DNA from: Antechinus flavipes
Taxonomy: Eukaryota
DNA: 64,000 bases
Reading direction: 5' to 3'
Assembly (NCBI RefSeq): GCF_016432865.1
Contig: NC_067398.1
Coordinates: forward strand, 341,992,001 to 342,056,000
This document shows positions 60,471 to 64,000 of the stretch, piece after piece. The notes below the pieces were generated by a model that saw only the letters and a program-made list of their open reading frames with translations, did not search any database and had not been told where the DNA came from. A program made the translations under genes and the position numbers. Numbering within the stretch: position 1 is the stretch's first letter; the number at the start of each line of letters is the position of its first letter.

Positions 60471-62647
60471 GAATTTTCTTAGCAGAAATATGGGACATGT
60501 TCTCTTCTCTGAAAGTCTATCCACAGGAAGGCAACAACCTAGGTACAGAACCCCAACCCCCCAACATGTGGTGCAGTTAAAGAGAATAGTTGACGGGAAC
60601 TCAGGACACTTGGGTTCTCAGAGAGGGATACTGAATCTTCCAGGAATCCCAATTCTACCATTAACTCACTGTGTGACATTGGAAAATTACTTTCTCTCTT
60701 GATCTTAGTTTTCTCCTTTAAAATGAGTGAGATGATCCAGAAGTCCCTCCCTACTGATAATCTATGATTTTTGGATTCTAAAAGAGTTGAAGTAACCATT
60801 TTCACGGAGCTCAGAGGTTGCAGAGCATTATCCACATCCCTAATTGTGTTGCCTACTGGCAGGTTATAGGGCAAGAGAGGGAAGTAATCTGGTTCCTGCA
60901 GGAATGCCCAGTCAAATAACCAGGAATGTTCTAACCTCAAAAAGCCCAAATAGCCAGTTTTACTGAGGCTTGAGAAAGCCAGCAGTGCCTTGGATGCTAA
61001 TTTAGGGGCCCAAAATGTGGAGACCTGAATCATAAATATAGCAAGACTATCCAACAAGTCATACTCCTGAACTATCAAGAGTATTTCAACTGTGGATGAT
61101 AAATCATATTAAGAGTTCTTGGATGATTTTTTTTTGATGACACTATTAAAATTATTCTGCTGATGATTTCTTACTCTAGCATGCAAATATTGTATGCATT
61201 TTAGGTAGCTTGTGTCCAGTGATGTTAGCCAGGGTCAGAACTGGAGGGTTTAAGGGTCCTAAATCCTTGAATGCGTTAGTGTCATGAAAGTATTACATGG
61301 GATAATCCTTGAGGTCTCCCCAACTCTGGCAATCTATAATGCTAAATGAGGCATGTAGGAGGTTTTCTATCATAAATAGAAAGGAGCTTCAGGAAACTTA
61401 GTAAATTCAGGGCATCATGCTTAAGCCCATATGTCTGTTGGCTAAGGCGATATGATTTCCATTCTAGAGGAAGATGTAGGGAGTAGCATAGTTCCTAGAG
61501 GGCCCTTCAGTTTATTAAGTTGCATGTATTAATTGGCCGAGTAAAGGAGCAAGGATTAATCTGGGGGGCCATGAAAACCATCTAACCTATAAAGAAGATT
61601 CTTTTCTCAGATTTCCAAAGGAGAGCGGGGGTTGGTTTGCAATCAAATGATAACATTTCCAATTCTAGACAGCAAAGTAAGAGAAACTAATAGATCCAAT
61701 GCAACAATCTTCTGTTTTCAACAGTGAAAGGTTTATTAGTGAAACCATTACACGCTATGTCTATTCAACACTTATCACAAAAGATAAAATTTAATTCAGA
61801 AACAAGAATAATACTCCACAGTGCTTCTCTTTGAGGAGCTCAAAGTGCAGAACAGACACAGGTTCCATCTTCCCCTCCAACAGGGAACAGCAGGAATTCT
61901 TCCCCTCCCACAGGAGAATGGATACACATCCCTCACAGGCTCATTGATTCACAGCTGCCCCTGGGCTTACACACCGGCTTCATCACCTTGCATAGCACAA
62001 AAGGGGCAAGCCAATGGCTGCCTATTTTTCACAAAATTAAACTCAAACTTATTAAAAAAAAAAAAAAAAGATTTGCCATCCCCACTGCCTTCCAAATGCA
62101 GAAATGAATCTTTGTAACTAGAAAGTCTGTGAGCTGGGGATGAAGGGGGAGGGGGGGGAGGGAAGCAGCTAGAGTGCTGGAAGCTCTCTTCTCGCCAATC
62201 ACTTGACAGGCAGTTATAGAACAGGGACCACCTCATCCCCCTACCTCGACACCTCCTAAAAAGTCCAGGGTGAAGTTACCCAGCTTCCCAGGGATCCTGA
62301 TCTGTTTTCTGAATAAGATCTAAGCAACCCTGCAGACTGATCTGCGCTTGGGGAACAGGTCAGTGCTTGGGTGGTCTTAAGCCCCAGCTCCTACTGCAGG
62401 GTAACAATGGCCACGCTGGAGAACGGCTGAGGGAAGAAATGAGCTGGCAGCCAGTTACAGCTAATCATGTTCCGTTTCTATCTTGGGCACGAAAGGACTA
62501 CGGCGAGGATTCAGAAAGGCAAGAATTTTCTCAAAGCTGGGTGACACTGAAGAGCCCTCCCATTGGATGATGGCAGGGGACAAAAAGAGAAAAAAGCCCC
62601 TTCTCTGAGTCATAAGGCTTAGCAACTCTAACGGTTTTCCCATGATT

Positions 62648-63097
62648 CTAGACCCCCAATCGAGACCTGGTGTCTTCTCTGGAAGCCTTCTCTAGCTTTA
62701 GGACAGTCTTCCTCACTTCTTCCTTCTGGCTTCTGCCGAGGGAGCTGCCAAGGCCCTCGTACTTGCTCTGTTCAGTCACCACCAATCTAGGAGTCAGATT
62801 TTTGTGGAGGTCGAGGAGACAAAAAGGGACCGGGGCAGGCTTATGTCCTCACTCATAGGCAAGGCAAAGAGAGGAAAAAAGTGATCACGCCAACCTAACT
62901 CTCTCTGGGCCCCCAATCACTTTCTCATTAAAAACAAACCCAAAACACAGCCCACTAACTGCCACCAAAAAAAAGTCGCTCGAACAGCCATCAAATAAGC
63001 GCCCACTGTTTTGGTTTCTTCGTCCCTGGAGGAGAACTCACTCAGCAGTCGTGTGGTCTGAAGCAGAGCTCTCAGGGTTCCACTGTGAGCCCGGCTT
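62648..63097 (-). CDS. Last two coding exons (63042-63097, 62648-62786) of an unidentified gene entering from the right
   Basis: CTCAG| 56-nt exon |GTGAGT, 255-nt intron, CTAG| then open frame: KPGSQWNPESSASDHTTA-E-LVVTEQSKYEGLGSSLGRSQKEEVRKTVLKLEKASREDTRSRLGV*; phases compatible; AATAAA (minus strand) at 61732-61737. Confidence 0.45.
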
Positions 63098-63439
63098 CTG
63101 AGCCAAAATGCAGGTGTGGCCATATAGAAATACAACAGATTTCTATGGTAACTTAGGGAAATTAAGTCTCATTACTTGATGATCGTGTTGTGTTTGAAGG
63201 CCCTGACCTACCCCCTTTCCCTCCCACTAAGAAACATAGAAAAAAAATTAAATGTTAATGAAATCCTGCCAACACTGAACTCACAACTTATTCTCTGAAT
63301 TAACGTGCCCAAAAGGAATCTTGCTAACCTAATGTTTTGGGTCAATATTATTAAGAGAGACATTGGAACTTTAGGGCTTAAATGCAATTAGCAAAGTTGG
63401 AGAAGGCTTACTCTGAGCATCCATTGCATATGGCAACTA

Positions 63440-63880
63440 CATCTCTATGGCAAAGAAATTTCAAGTTCCCTTTGATAAAAACTTTTCCAGGAAAACCTGT
63501 GAATGTGTTTTTGAAGACATTTGACAAGATGAATCACTATAGCTGGAAAAACATCATAAAATACTGCTTATTTCACAACTGGAGAAAAACAGTTATGGAG
63601 ACCAGTTTCAGTCATGATGGAGCCATGAAGGAGCAAACAGGAGTTACGTGGACTGGTTAAGAATGGAATTTTCAAAGAATTCCTTGCCACTGCTGGTTAA
63701 CCATTTCTCATCTTTCCAGACACATTTCTGTTCAAATAGGGGAACAGACATGGCATTATCTTTGTCAAATGCTATATCAAAAGGACTCCAGGTTGCCATG
63801 GGTCTTCAGTCTATCACTGAAGCGAGAGGTGAGGCCACTTAATGTTTAAAATGATAACACAATCTTGGACAGACTGAAAC
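63440..63880 (+). mobile_element. L3/CR1 reverse-transcriptase remnant
   Basis: PVNVFLKTFDKMNH resembles CR1 VDVVYLDFSKAFDTVSH; downstream aaaatgataacacaatcttgg resembles KFADDTKLG. Confidence 0.45.
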
Positions 63881-64000
63881 TACTTGTAGGCATCTGCCTA
63901 GATAGAGGCTAAATAGGCAATTCATATCAAGTCAACAGACAGAGCAAACTGCAAAGCATATGTCCAGGTTGTTTGGCTCTGGTGGAGTTAAAAGTCCTTA

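Noticed and set aside
60539-61078. 179-aa minus-strand ORF
   Set aside because: Distal third runs through a MIR fragment; no domain or splice support

Overview
Eukaryotic (marsupial, probably dasyurid/Australidelphian, judged from WSINE1-like SINEs, Mar1/MIR CORE-SINEs and marsupial-type L1 3' ends) genomic DNA syntenic with the human 16p13.3 block MRPS34(-)/EME2(+)/SPSB3(-)/NUBP2(+)/IGFALS(-). Four genes are intact and their exons could be built by hand with canonical GT-AG sites and consistent phases: MRPS34 (213 aa), SPSB3 (352 aa), NUBP2 (271 aa) and IGFALS (609 aa). The main result is that EME2, the MUS81 partner, survives only as a unitary pseudogene: colinear exon remnants from about 7.5 to 16.4 kb carry nonsense codons, frameshifts, deletions and destroyed splice sites. 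The 3' end of an unidentified minus-strand gene (not HAGH) appears at 61.7-63.1 kb. Other points: an exact ALS-GAS1-type STAT5 element upstream of IGFALS, an old L1 fragment that is anomalously CpG-rich, nested retroelements, and several splice/uORF oddities. Human protein comparisons are from memory and no searches were run. No CRISPR, rRNA or tRNA genes were seen.
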